NCBI GenBank assembly: GCA_902778565.1
Contig: CACYYH010000002.1
Coordinates: 5,659-69,658 of the forward strand
Length of the DNA stretch: 64,000 nucleotides
Source of the DNA: an uncultured Eubacteriales bacterium
GTDB taxonomy: Bacteria; Bacillota; Clostridia; Peptostreptococcales; Anaerovoracaceae
Direction of reading: 5' to 3'
Position numbers and translations under genes: made by a program. The notes under the pieces are model-generated. The model searched no databases, was not told where the DNA came from, and saw nothing but the letters and a program-made list of their open reading frames with translations. Positions 27,378-35,655 of this stretch are shown here, piece after piece (the first letter of the stretch is position 1; the number at the start of each line of letters is the position of its first letter).

Positions 27378-28856
27378 TTATTCTTCTATTCCAACTATGT
27401 CTTTCACCAGCTGCTTCTTGCCTTGGATGTTGCCCTGTCTCTGGATCATGATCCTCTGTGCCTGAGGGGAGCCTGCTCCGTGCAGTGACTCTGTCCTGTA
27501 GCCTACGGCTGCTGCTCCCAGGCAGATGTTCTCCAGGAACCTGAAGACCTTCATCCTGTCCATGGTGTCGCACTTGCCGTTTCCTACAAAGAATTTATGG
27601 CAAAAGTCTCCTATGGTCTCTCCTTCTCTTCCTACCACCAGGTCGGAATTGAAGTCAACGTTGCTCGGCATCGTTACCATAAGCCCTCCTGCGATGTCTT
27701 CTGCAAGTCTCACGATCTCATAAGGGAATCTGGTGATGTTCTGCTTGCATACGTTGGCGAGCAGCAGGTCGATGATGTAGGATCCTGACTTAGTAGGATG
27801 TCCCTCTGCTGAGCATGCTATTCCGCAGCTGTAAAGGGTCTCGTTAAGATGTGTCATCTCGATGAGCTTATCCTTTACTGCAGATGCTTTCTCAACTCCG
27901 TTATACTCTGCTGCAAGCGCTGCGGCTCCGATCACTACGTCGCCTACTCCTACCTTGCAGCCGCCGTAAGATTGTCTGTGGAAGCCTGCGAATCTCTCTA
28001 CCAGCATCCCTGCAAAGTCATATTCTCCGTTCATGAACACGTACTCATTGGGAATGAATACGTCATCGAAGACTACTAACGCTTCCTGACCTCCGAACTT
28101 GGGGTTGCCTACGTCCATGCCGCCGCCTTCTTCCAGCTTACGTGTATCACATGACTGTCTTCCGTATACCATGAACAGGCCTTCTGCATCACTTGGACAT
28201 GCGAAGCATACTGCATAGTCCTTGTCGTCCTCTCCCATGGCTATGGTAGGCATGACTATATGCCAGTGTGAGTTGATGGATCCGGTCTGATGGCACTTAG
28301 CTCCTCTTACCACGATGCCATCCTCTCTTACTTCCTTTACTCTCAGGAACAGATCCGGATCGTCCTGTGCGTGAGGAGCTCTGGAACGATCTCCCTTGGG
28401 GTCTGTCATGGCTCCGTCCACCACAAGGTCCTCGTTCTGGACCATGATCAGGAACTTCTTGAATCTCTCGAAGTAGTCCGTTCCGTACTTCTCGTCGATC
28501 TCGAAGGTGGTGGAATATACTGCGTTGAATGCGTCCATTCCAACGCATCTCTGGAAGCAGGATGCGGTCTTCTGTCCCAGAAGCCTCTGCATCTTTACCT
28601 TGTTTTTCAGATCCTCAGTTGACTGATGGATGTTGGAGAAACGGTTGATCTTCTCTCCTGTTAAGTGTGACTTTGCTGTCATCAGATCCTCATACTGAGG
28701 GTCCTGAGCAAGCTCATATGTCATGGCCACGCAGTTGATGGATGGTCTGATCATGGGATGATCCACCCAGTTCTCTATCTTCTCGCCGAACATGTACACT
28801 CTCGTGTTCAGTTTTCTTAAGCTCTCTATGTACTGAGCTCCTGTCATTAATGCCAT
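27378..28856 (-). CDS. 4-hydroxybutyryl-CoA dehydratase / vinylacetyl-CoA isomerase family protein (AbfD-like)
   Basis: 492 aa. N-terminus MALMTGAQYIESLRKLN...VYMFGEKI and its length are typical of the AbfD/HpaB family. RBS AAAGGAAA. Confidence 0.8.
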   Translation of the reverse strand: MALMTGAQYIESLRKLNTRVYMFGEKIENWVDHPMIRPSINCVAMTYELAQDPQYEDLMTAKSHLTGEKINRFSNIHQSTEDLKNKVKMQRLLGQKTASCFQRCVGMDAFNAVYSTTFEIDEKYGTDYFERFKKFLIMVQNEDLVVDGAMTDPKGDRSRAPHAQDDPDLFLRVKEVREDGIVVRGAKCHQTGSINSHWHIVMPTIAMGEDDKDYAVCFACPSDAEGLFMVYGRQSCDTRKLEEGGGMDVGNPKFGGQEALVVFDDVFIPNEYVFMNGEYDFAGMLVERFAGFHRQSYGGCKVGVGDVVIGAAALAAEYNGVEKASAVKDKLIEMTHLNETLYSCGIACSAEGHPTKSGSYIIDLLLANVCKQNITRFPYEIVRLAEDIAGGLMVTMPSNVDFNSDLVVGREGETIGDFCHKFFVGNGKCDTMDRMKVFRFLENICLGAAAVGYRTESLHGAGSPQAQRIMIQRQGNIQGKKQLVKDIVGIEE

Positions 28857-28907
28857 AGTGTTTCCTTTCTTTTATTATGATCGCAATTCATATCACAATT
28901 AAACTAC

Positions 28908-28924
28908 AGCAAGATCTATGCCAA
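28908..28924 (-). promoter_or_regulatory. Sigma-54 (-24/-12) promoter of the AbfD-like/ACAD/Etf cluster
   Basis: Minus strand TTGGCATAGATCTTGCT with exact spacing, about 50 nt upstream of ATG 28856. Confidence 0.8.
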
Positions 28925-29037
28925 AGCATAACTTACCGAAAATTGAATGTTTTAGCTGCATTTTGGCATCTTACACGGTCTTTTGATGCAAAATTCATTT
29001 ACTATAGTAATGCAAAATTACATCATTAAATCAGAAA

Positions 29038-29545
29038 TTACAGTCCGAGATATGCTTTCTGCACGTGCGGATTGCTGATCAGATTCTCTGACACGTCTTC
29101 CATAGCGATACTGCCGTTCTCAAGTACATAGGCACGTTTACTGAACTTCAGAGCCTGTTTTACGTTCTGCTCTACCAGAAGAACGGTGGTTCCCTGGTTG
29201 GCAATGGTCCTGATAAGATCGAATACTGTGCTTACCAGAATAGGTGAAAGGCCAAGAGAAGGCTCGTCGAGCATAAGTATCTTGGGATTTTCCATAAGTG
29301 CTCTTCCGATGGCGAGCATCTGCTGCTCTCCTCCGGAAAGTGTCTTTGCAGTCTGGTTCTCACGTTCTTTAAGACGCGGAAGCAGATTGTAGACATAGTC
29401 CAGATTTTTCTGACGGTCTCCCCTCACATGTTTCATCGTGCTTCCGATGAGCAGGTTCTCATGAACCGACATCTGCGGGAAAAGGCGCCGGCCTTCAGGG
29501 ACCTGAACGATGCCCTGAGCCGCTATTTCATGCGCCGTCTTTGAT
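29038..29545 (-). pseudogene. 5'-truncated livF-like ABC ATPase remnant (Walker A region missing)
   Basis: The frame reads ..HEIAAQGIVQVPEGRRLFPQMSVHENLL...LSGGEQQMLAIGRALMENPKILMLDEPSLGLSP.... Homology starts abruptly after an in-frame TGA. The roughly 70 N-terminal residues carrying the P-loop are absent. Confidence 0.7.
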
Positions 29546-29587
29546 CAGGTATGCAGCTTCTTTGGATGTAATAATTTTAGGATTCAT
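29528..29587 (-). pseudogene. 19-codon remnant of a Pct-like CoA-transferase N-terminus
   Basis: GGAAGGAG RBS followed by MNPKIITSKEAAYLIKDGA-stop. This matches the N-terminus of Pct-type transferases (compare 4280-5815) and then breaks into the livF remnant. Confidence 0.6.
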
Positions 29588-29619
29588 TATATTGGTTGCT
29601 CCTTCCGAACTAAAGCTTC

Positions 29620-30048
29620 CTACATGATGTACTCCTGGCCCTCGCCTACGATAACCAGTTCATCTCTCTGATTGAAGCATTCAGTCTTTATAACTACACG
29701 ATGTTTTTCTTCAAGTTTGTCTACAACTGTGGCAACAGCTGTGATGGTATCGCCCATGTAAACAGGCTTGAGGAACTTCAGTGTCTGGCCGGAATAAACA
29801 TTTCCAAAGGTTGAATTTGTCATTACCGTGGAGATAAGACCTGCTACCATAAGACCGGGTACGATAACGTCTCCGAAGCGGGTGGTCTTGCCGTACTCAG
29901 TGTCGATATGAACAGGATTCATATCTCCGGTGAGTCCAACCCAGATCGTAACGTCGACCTGAGTCATGGTCTTGGTAAACGTCTGAACATCTCCGATGTT
30001 GATGTCATCCCAGTGTTTGATTTTCGATGCATAATCCATAACCTTCAC
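29620..30048 (-). CDS. MaoC-like dehydratase (copy 2)
   Basis: 142 aa. Near-colinear paralog of 23671-24090 (..GNVYSGQTLKF.KPV..GD.IT..A.V.DKLEEKHRVV..TECFNQ..ELVI.GEGQEYI). Confidence 0.85.
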   Translation of the reverse strand: MKVMDYASKIKHWDDINIGDVQTFTKTMTQVDVTIWVGLTGDMNPVHIDTEYGKTTRFGDVIVPGLMVAGLISTVMTNSTFGNVYSGQTLKFLKPVYMGDTITAVATVVDKLEEKHRVVIKTECFNQRDELVIVGEGQEYIM

Positions 30049-30285
30049 CTAAACGCAGAAAGCGTTTTTCCTTTCTTTTTTATAGTAGTTAAAAGGCAAT
30101 GGATACGCTTATTTAAATACAGTTTTTTGCATATCCACTGTCGCATCTTTCTACTATAAATTTTAGCATTGTAAAGTTTTTAAGTAAAACAACTCTAAAT
30201 TATTAAAGAGTTTATTGCATAATTAATTATTATATCTGCAAAACAGAAAGTTGGCACGGCCATGAAGCGCAAAGGCTGATGGCTC

Positions 30286-30302
30286 TATAACTTATAGTTA
30301 TA
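30286..30302. promoter_or_regulatory. Palindrome TATAACT-TAT-AGTTATA (candidate LysR-type T-N11-A box)
   Basis: Inverted repeat with perfect 7-bp arms in the 410-bp AT-rich divergent region upstream of the LysR gene. Confidence 0.4.
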
Positions 30303-30459
30303 TATTGCTATAGTTTTTGTGTATAACTTTTTATGCTATCACCTTTTGCAAAAAGTATAATTATGCATTATTATTATTACAGGAAATATAACCATATAAT
30401 TTTTATTTATAGCATGTAAGTCAGTCCCCTTTTTAACAGCTAGCGTATGGAGGAAAACC

Positions 30460-31392
30460 ATGGATATCAGACAACTTCACTATTTCATTCAGGTGGCGGA
30501 CTGCGGAAACTACTCTAAAGCTTCGCAAAAGCTCTTTATTTCACAACCCGCTTTGAGTAAGACCATAAAAAACATGGAAGAAGAAATGGGTTTCACCTTT
30601 TTCTATACTCATCAGAGAAAACAGCATCTTACAGATGCCGGCCAGGCTTTCTACGACAAGGCCGTTCACATCCTTAAGGAGTACGATGCTTTGATGAACA
30701 CCGAATATGAGGATACCGGAGTCGTCAGCGGACATCTTACCATAGGTCTCAGCGCTGCTGCCGGCCCCGCCATGTTCGCCCACGTGTCGCCGAAGTTCTC
30801 TTCAATATATCCTCTTATAGATATTTCACTTATCGAAAAAGATTCCAGCATAATACAGGAAGAAGTTTTCAAGAGAAACATCGACGCGGCCTTCGTGGAT
30901 CTGTATTATCTTAACAGTGAAGATTCTTCGCTGTTTGACATTTTCGAAGTTGCGAAAAGTGAACTGGTGGCCGTAGTATCCACAGATAATCCTTTATCTG
31001 AGAAAAAGCGCATCTATTTTGATGACCTCGATGGGAAGGACATAATCTTCTTCCAAAGCGACGAGTCATCTTTCGGTCTGCTTTCCATCGATTTAAGATC
31101 ATCCAAAGCTCGTCCCAAGATGGTAATGTCCAGTTCGCAGTGGCACCTTATATTTGATCTGGTAGAGGCAGATTACGGCATCACTATTGCCCCGTATTAC
31201 ATTTACAGCAAGCTTTCCAATCCTAAACTGAAAGCCATTCCTTTTGACGAGCCTTCCAGCAAGAGGTCCATCGCTTTGATAACAAAAAAAGACGAAAACA
31301 GATCCAGAGCCCTTAAAGCCTTTATCGAGTTCACGTCAAACAAAGAATTATATGCAGATCTTGCAGACAAGCTTAATCTGATAGAAGGCTGA
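30460..31392 (+). CDS. LysR family transcriptional regulator
   Basis: 310 aa. N-terminal HTH MDIRQLHYFIQVADCGNYSKASQKLFISQPALSKTIKNMEEEMG. Confidence 0.9.
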   Translation: MDIRQLHYFIQVADCGNYSKASQKLFISQPALSKTIKNMEEEMGFTFFYTHQRKQHLTDAGQAFYDKAVHILKEYDALMNTEYEDTGVVSGHLTIGLSAAAGPAMFAHVSPKFSSIYPLIDISLIEKDSSIIQEEVFKRNIDAAFVDLYYLNSEDSSLFDIFEVAKSELVAVVSTDNPLSEKKRIYFDDLDGKDIIFFQSDESSFGLLSIDLRSSKARPKMVMSSSQWHLIFDLVEADYGITIAPYYIYSKLSNPKLKAIPFDEPSSKRSIALITKKDENRSRALKAFIEFTSNKELYADLADKLNLIEG

Positions 31393-31444
31393 GGATAAAG
31401 TTTCAGACCCTGTGGGAAGTTTGCGGTACATCTGTTTCCGGCTC

Positions 31445-31473
31445 TTTACAGTCCGGCACCAATCGGGTATAAT
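31445..31473 (+). promoter_or_regulatory. Sigma-A promoter of the M16 peptidase gene
   Basis: TTTACA-N17-TATAAT. Confidence 0.6.
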
Positions 31474-31541
31474 TTAATATGTAAAAACTTCAGGCGGATC
31501 TTCATGGTCCGCCTGCTTATATCTTAATGAAAGGCTATTCA

Positions 31542-34421
31542 ATGAAAGTAAACGACATCATTCATGGTTTTAAAGTGACGAGAGTGCGCGAGAGCGAAGA
31601 GCTCAAAGGTACTCTCTATGAAACGGAACATATAAAGACCGGCGCACAGCTGGCATGGCTGGATAACGGATGCGAGAACAAACTGTTCTCCGCCACCTTC
31701 AAGACCCTGCCCTGGGACAACACAGGTGTCTTCCATATCATGGAGCACTCAGTGCTGGCAGGATCGGAGAATTATCCCGTCAAAGAACCCTTCCTGGACC
31801 TCATCAAGAGTTCTATGAACACCTTCCTGAACGCCATGACTTTCCCCGACAAGACCATGTATCCTGTATCTTCAAAAAATGAGCAGGATTTCATCAACCT
31901 TGTGGGAGTCTATCTGGACGCAGTTTTCCGTCCTGCCATCTACACCAATGACAGCATCTTCAGGCAGGAAGGCTGGCATTATGAAGTAGAGGACGAAGAA
32001 CCTTCATATAACGGAGTCGTATTCAACGAGATGAAGGGAGCCTACGCTTCCGTTGATACTCAGATCGAAGACGAGCTCCAGAAGGCTCTCTATCCCGACA
32101 GCATATACGGCTTCATCTCAGGAGGAGATCCGGCAGAGATCCCCAACCTTACCTATGAGAATTTCCTCAGAGCCCACAGCGAGTTCTATTCGCCCTCCAA
32201 CTGCAGGATCTGGCTGGATGGAGACGTGCCTTTTGACAGAGTCATGACCATCATCGACGAAGAGTACCTTTCCACCTTCGAAAGAGATGACAGAACTCAT
32301 GAGATCGCAATGCAGGCGCCTGTTGAGTCTGTCGACACCGTCAGGTTCTATGAGATCGGCAAAGATGAGGACGAAGAGAAAAAGTCGCACCTGGTTCTGG
32401 GCAAAGTATTTTCCGACTGGGAAAACCGCAAAAGAAACATCGCCTACACCCTCATGTCCATCTACCTTGCCGGAGATAATGAATCTCCCTTAAAGCGCGC
32501 CATCCTTGAAAAGGGGCTGGCTCAGGACGTAGAGTTTGCCATCATGGACGGCATCGCACAGCCCTTCTACGTCATCGTTTTCAGAAACATGGAGCCTTCC
32601 GACAAGGAAGAGATCCTTAAAGTATACCGCAGCACGCTGGAAAAGATCCTGGCAGAAGGCGTGGATAAAGAAGCTCTCACAGGCTGCATCAACCGCTTTG
32701 AATTCTCTCTCAGGGAGACCGGTGAGCCCCAGGGTCTGCACCGCGTGATAAACGCCATGAATTCATGGCTTTACGGCGGCGATCCTCTTCTCTATCTCGA
32801 AAGCAACGATCTGGTGCATGAGCTCAGAGAAGGCCTTGAAGGCAGTCTTTACACAGACGTGATCCGTGAGCTCCTTGACAAGGAGGGGCTGGTCACCATC
32901 ACCATGCTTCCGTCGAAGACCAAGGGCGATGAGGATGCCGAAAAAGAATACGAAAGAGTGGCAAAAGAATACTCATCCTTCTCAGAGGATGAGCTTAAAG
33001 AAATAGAAGAGATCAATGAACGCATGAGGAAGTGGCAGACCACCCCGGATTCTCCTGAAGCGGTGGCAAAACTCCCTGTGCTTGAACTGTCGGACGTAAG
33101 TCCCGAGCCTCAGTGGGTAGAGCCTCAGGTCACAAAGAAGAACGGAGTCACATTCCTTTATGAACCCATCTTCACCAACGGAGTAGCCCACGTCAATCTC
33201 TACTTCGCCATGACTGACTTTACGGAGGAAGAACTGAAAATGGCATCCGCCATGACCGAATTCATCGGTCTTCTTCCAACTGCGAAACATACCGCAGCCG
33301 AACTGCAGAAGGAAGTCCGCAAGATCTTCGGAGTACTGGATTACAACGTGATCGCTCCCTGGGTCAAAGGTCATACCGACAGGGTCGAGCCCTGTCTCGT
33401 TGTCAACTTCAGCGTTCTTGAAGAAAACCTTGATGCGGCCATCGACCTCGTCCTGGAGATCCTGACCGAGACGGATTATGACAATAAAGAGATAATCTCC
33501 GAGAACATGATCCAGTGCCGAGAGGTGATATACCAGAACATCATGGGCTCCGGCAATCAGTTTGCTGCAAGGCGCGTGCTCTCACATTATGCTGCTTCTT
33601 CTTACATAGAAGAAGAGATGAACGGCTATGACTTCTACCTCTTCGTAAAGGATCTGCTTAAGGACTTCAACGATAAAGCCGAGAGTCTGATCCTTCAATG
33701 GAGATCCCTCGCGGATAAGCTGTTCACCGCAGCCCGTCTGCTGGTAGGCGAGACCTCCACAGAAAGGCATGAGGTAATAGAGAGATTTTCCACAGAACTG
33801 CCTTACGGAGAAGATATTCCCGGATATATGGAGATCGCTTTAAGCGGAGAATCAAAAAAAGAAGCCATACTGATCCCTGCAGGCATATCCTTTGCGGGAT
33901 TCGGCTCCAACATGCTGAAATATGGTTTTGAATGCGGCGGCAGGTTCCAGGTCCTCAGCCAGATCATGAGCTACGGCTACCTCTGGGAGGAGATCAGAGT
34001 CCGCGGAGGCGCCTACGGCTGCGGCTTCAGCGCAGGGCTTACCGGAAACATGATCTTCACCTCATACAGAGACCCCAACCCTCAGAACTCGCTGAAGGTC
34101 TATGCTAACGCCGGAGACTTTATCCGCGACTTCACCGAAAGCGATGAAGATCTGACCAAATACGTCATCTCCTCCATCTCCGGAATGGATGGGCTGGTAA
34201 GTTCCGCAAGGCGCGGCTACGGCCAGGAACTGAACTTTATAAGGGGTACCGGCTACGAAGATCTCTGTGAGATCAGACAGCAGATGCTCAAGGTGACCAA
34301 AGAAGAACTTGCAGAACTGGCAGGACTCTTCGACAAGACAGGCCTTGACGCTTCCATCTGCGTAGTCGGAAACGAAGAAGCCATCGCCCCGGACGACAGC
34401 TGGGAAGTGTACAGGCTGTAA
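31542..34421 (+). CDS. M16C family zinc metallopeptidase (insulinase/PreP-like)
   Basis: Inverted zinc motif HIMEH. Length about 960 aa. GAAAGG lies 8 nt before ATG 31542, whereas the ORF-track ATG 31527 lacks an RBS. Confidence 0.85.
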   Translation: MKVNDIIHGFKVTRVRESEELKGTLYETEHIKTGAQLAWLDNGCENKLFSATFKTLPWDNTGVFHIMEHSVLAGSENYPVKEPFLDLIKSSMNTFLNAMTFPDKTMYPVSSKNEQDFINLVGVYLDAVFRPAIYTNDSIFRQEGWHYEVEDEEPSYNGVVFNEMKGAYASVDTQIEDELQKALYPDSIYGFISGGDPAEIPNLTYENFLRAHSEFYSPSNCRIWLDGDVPFDRVMTIIDEEYLSTFERDDRTHEIAMQAPVESVDTVRFYEIGKDEDEEKKSHLVLGKVFSDWENRKRNIAYTLMSIYLAGDNESPLKRAILEKGLAQDVEFAIMDGIAQPFYVIVFRNMEPSDKEEILKVYRSTLEKILAEGVDKEALTGCINRFEFSLRETGEPQGLHRVINAMNSWLYGGDPLLYLESNDLVHELREGLEGSLYTDVIRELLDKEGLVTITMLPSKTKGDEDAEKEYERVAKEYSSFSEDELKEIEEINERMRKWQTTPDSPEAVAKLPVLELSDVSPEPQWVEPQVTKKNGVTFLYEPIFTNGVAHVNLYFAMTDFTEEELKMASAMTEFIGLLPTAKHTAAELQKEVRKIFGVLDYNVIAPWVKGHTDRVEPCLVVNFSVLEENLDAAIDLVLEILTETDYDNKEIISENMIQCREVIYQNIMGSGNQFAARRVLSHYAASSYIEEEMNGYDFYLFVKDLLKDFNDKAESLILQWRSLADKLFTAARLLVGETSTERHEVIERFSTELPYGEDIPGYMEIALSGESKKEAILIPAGISFAGFGSNMLKYGFECGGRFQVLSQIMSYGYLWEEIRVRGGAYGCGFSAGLTGNMIFTSYRDPNPQNSLKVYANAGDFIRDFTESDEDLTKYVISSISGMDGLVSSARRGYGQELNFIRGTGYEDLCEIRQQMLKVTKEELAELAGLFDKTGLDASICVVGNEEAIAPDDSWEVYRL

Positions 34422-34447
34422 ACAGCAAATAGATCAAAAATAATAGA

Positions 34448-34480
34448 AAGCAGGGAACGCTTTGTTTCCTGCTTTTATTT
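34448..34480. terminator. Bidirectional intrinsic terminator
   Basis: AGCAGGGAAC-GCTT-TGTTTCCTGCT followed by TTTATTTATT. Confidence 0.7.
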
Positions 34481-34813
34481 ATTATTAAGTTCTTTTAGAT
34501 AGTGTTGGATTCTCTTCTTGAAGCCCTTGTCTTTTTTATAATATGATATAAATTCGAACATATCAGGATCATCAGCCTTTCTTATTACGACTTGATCCGG
34601 ACCAGGATCGTCTGTCTTTCCCATCAGATAATCCACCGACGTATTTAGCTTCTGCGCCATTACTTCAATTGTCTGCACAGACGGAATCCTTTCACCGCTC
34701 TCATAGCGACCATATCCCATTTTTGACAGACCTACACGCCTCGCAGCCTCTGCTTTACTAATTCCAAGTTTCTCTCTAATAAGAATAAGCCTTTCCGGAA
34801 CAAAAACATCCAT
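34475..34813 (-). CDS. XRE family HTH transcriptional regulator
   Basis: 112 aa. ...LILIREKLGISKAEAARRVGLSKMGYGRYESGERIPSVQTIEVMAQKL. Confidence 0.85.
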   Translation of the reverse strand: MDVFVPERLILIREKLGISKAEAARRVGLSKMGYGRYESGERIPSVQTIEVMAQKLNTSVDYLMGKTDDPGPDQVVIRKADDPDMFEFISYYKKDKGFKKRIQHYLKELNNK

Positions 34814-34833
34814 AATATTATCTCCTCTTGCCG

Positions 34834-34881
34834 TTGACAGTAACCATTGGTTATGCTATTATTTGAGTAACCGTCGGTTAC
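34834..34881 (+). promoter_or_regulatory. Sigma-A promoter with two palindromic operators
   Basis: TTGACA-N17-TATTAT (34834-34862). GTAACCATTGGTTAT lies inside the spacer (34840-34854). A perfect GTAACC-GTC-GGTTAC lies just downstream of the -10 (34867-34881). Confidence 0.7.
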
Positions 34882-34927
34882 ATATTACCATATTCAACAG
34901 TTTTTATCAATAACAAAAGGAGGAAAA

Positions 34928-35395
34928 ATGGATTTATACTTTAAAACAGAAAAAAGAAGCAGAGACGGATTAAGGATCATATATTCTTTATCCTTTGACA
35001 ATGAGGAATGCAGAGAATTCTATGGAAGGATCTACAATCTGATACATTCACTGCCCATAGCGGAATACACAGTTATAAAAGATAGAGAAGATATGTACGG
35101 CAATTATGATTATCCCGGTATTGGACAAGTGTGGGGAGACTGGGAACTGCCGAACGGTGACGGGTGGGAGGATACTCAGCACTGCCTTGAAGCTATAGTT
35201 TTTGAGCAAAGAAAGTATTCCAGGTTAAAAACTTTGGCTTTTGGATTGAAACACCTTCAGGACATGGAAACCAAATTAGGCTGGGAATTTGTCAAAAGTT
35301 ATCTGATAATCTCACTGTATAACAATGGCTTTTTAGATAAAGAATCAGATCTGGCATTGACATTAGGTGATATATCCCCTAAAATTGAGGTGTGA
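34928..35395 (+). CDS. Hypothetical protein (no recognisable family)
   Basis: 155-aa ORF with a strong RBS, AAAGGAGGAAAA-ATG. Confidence 0.65.
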   Translation: MDLYFKTEKRSRDGLRIIYSLSFDNEECREFYGRIYNLIHSLPIAEYTVIKDREDMYGNYDYPGIGQVWGDWELPNGDGWEDTQHCLEAIVFEQRKYSRLKTLAFGLKHLQDMETKLGWEFVKSYLIISLYNNGFLDKESDLALTLGDISPKIEV

Positions 35396-35399
35396 ACAA

Positions 35400-35654
35400 A
35401 TGCCGACTATCAGTAGTTTTTATGGGATAACCATAATCATGTTTCTCAGAGATAAGGAGCACAACCCACCTCATATCCATGCTATTACTCAGGATTTCGA
35501 AGCCCCTTTCCTATTAGAAGACGGTGAGATCATGGAGGGCTACTTCCCTCCGAAGGCAAAAGCTTTAGTCAAGGAATTTGTTCTCAAATATCAGACAGAA
35601 CTGGAGGTCATGTGGGAAACCGGACAGTTTATCAAACTTCCGCCACTATATTGA
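35400..35654 (+). CDS. DUF4160 domain protein
   Basis: GAGGTG lies 8 nt before ATG 35400. MPTISSFYGITIIMFLRDKEHNPPHIH is the DUF4160 signature. Confidence 0.8.
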   Translation: MPTISSFYGITIIMFLRDKEHNPPHIHAITQDFEAPFLLEDGEIMEGYFPPKAKALVKEFVLKYQTELEVMWETGQFIKLPPLY

Positions 35655-35655
35655 G

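Noticed and set aside
28950-28975. TTTGGCATCTTACACGG on the plus strand as a sigma-54 promoter
   Set aside because: It has no -12 TGC element at the required spacing and points into the livF remnant antisense.
30250-30268. TTGGCACGGCCATGAAGCG as an eighth sigma-54 promoter
   Set aside because: It has a good -24 element, but no TTGC or GC at the -12 position (the GC is displaced by 2 nt). No gene lies at a suitable distance downstream.
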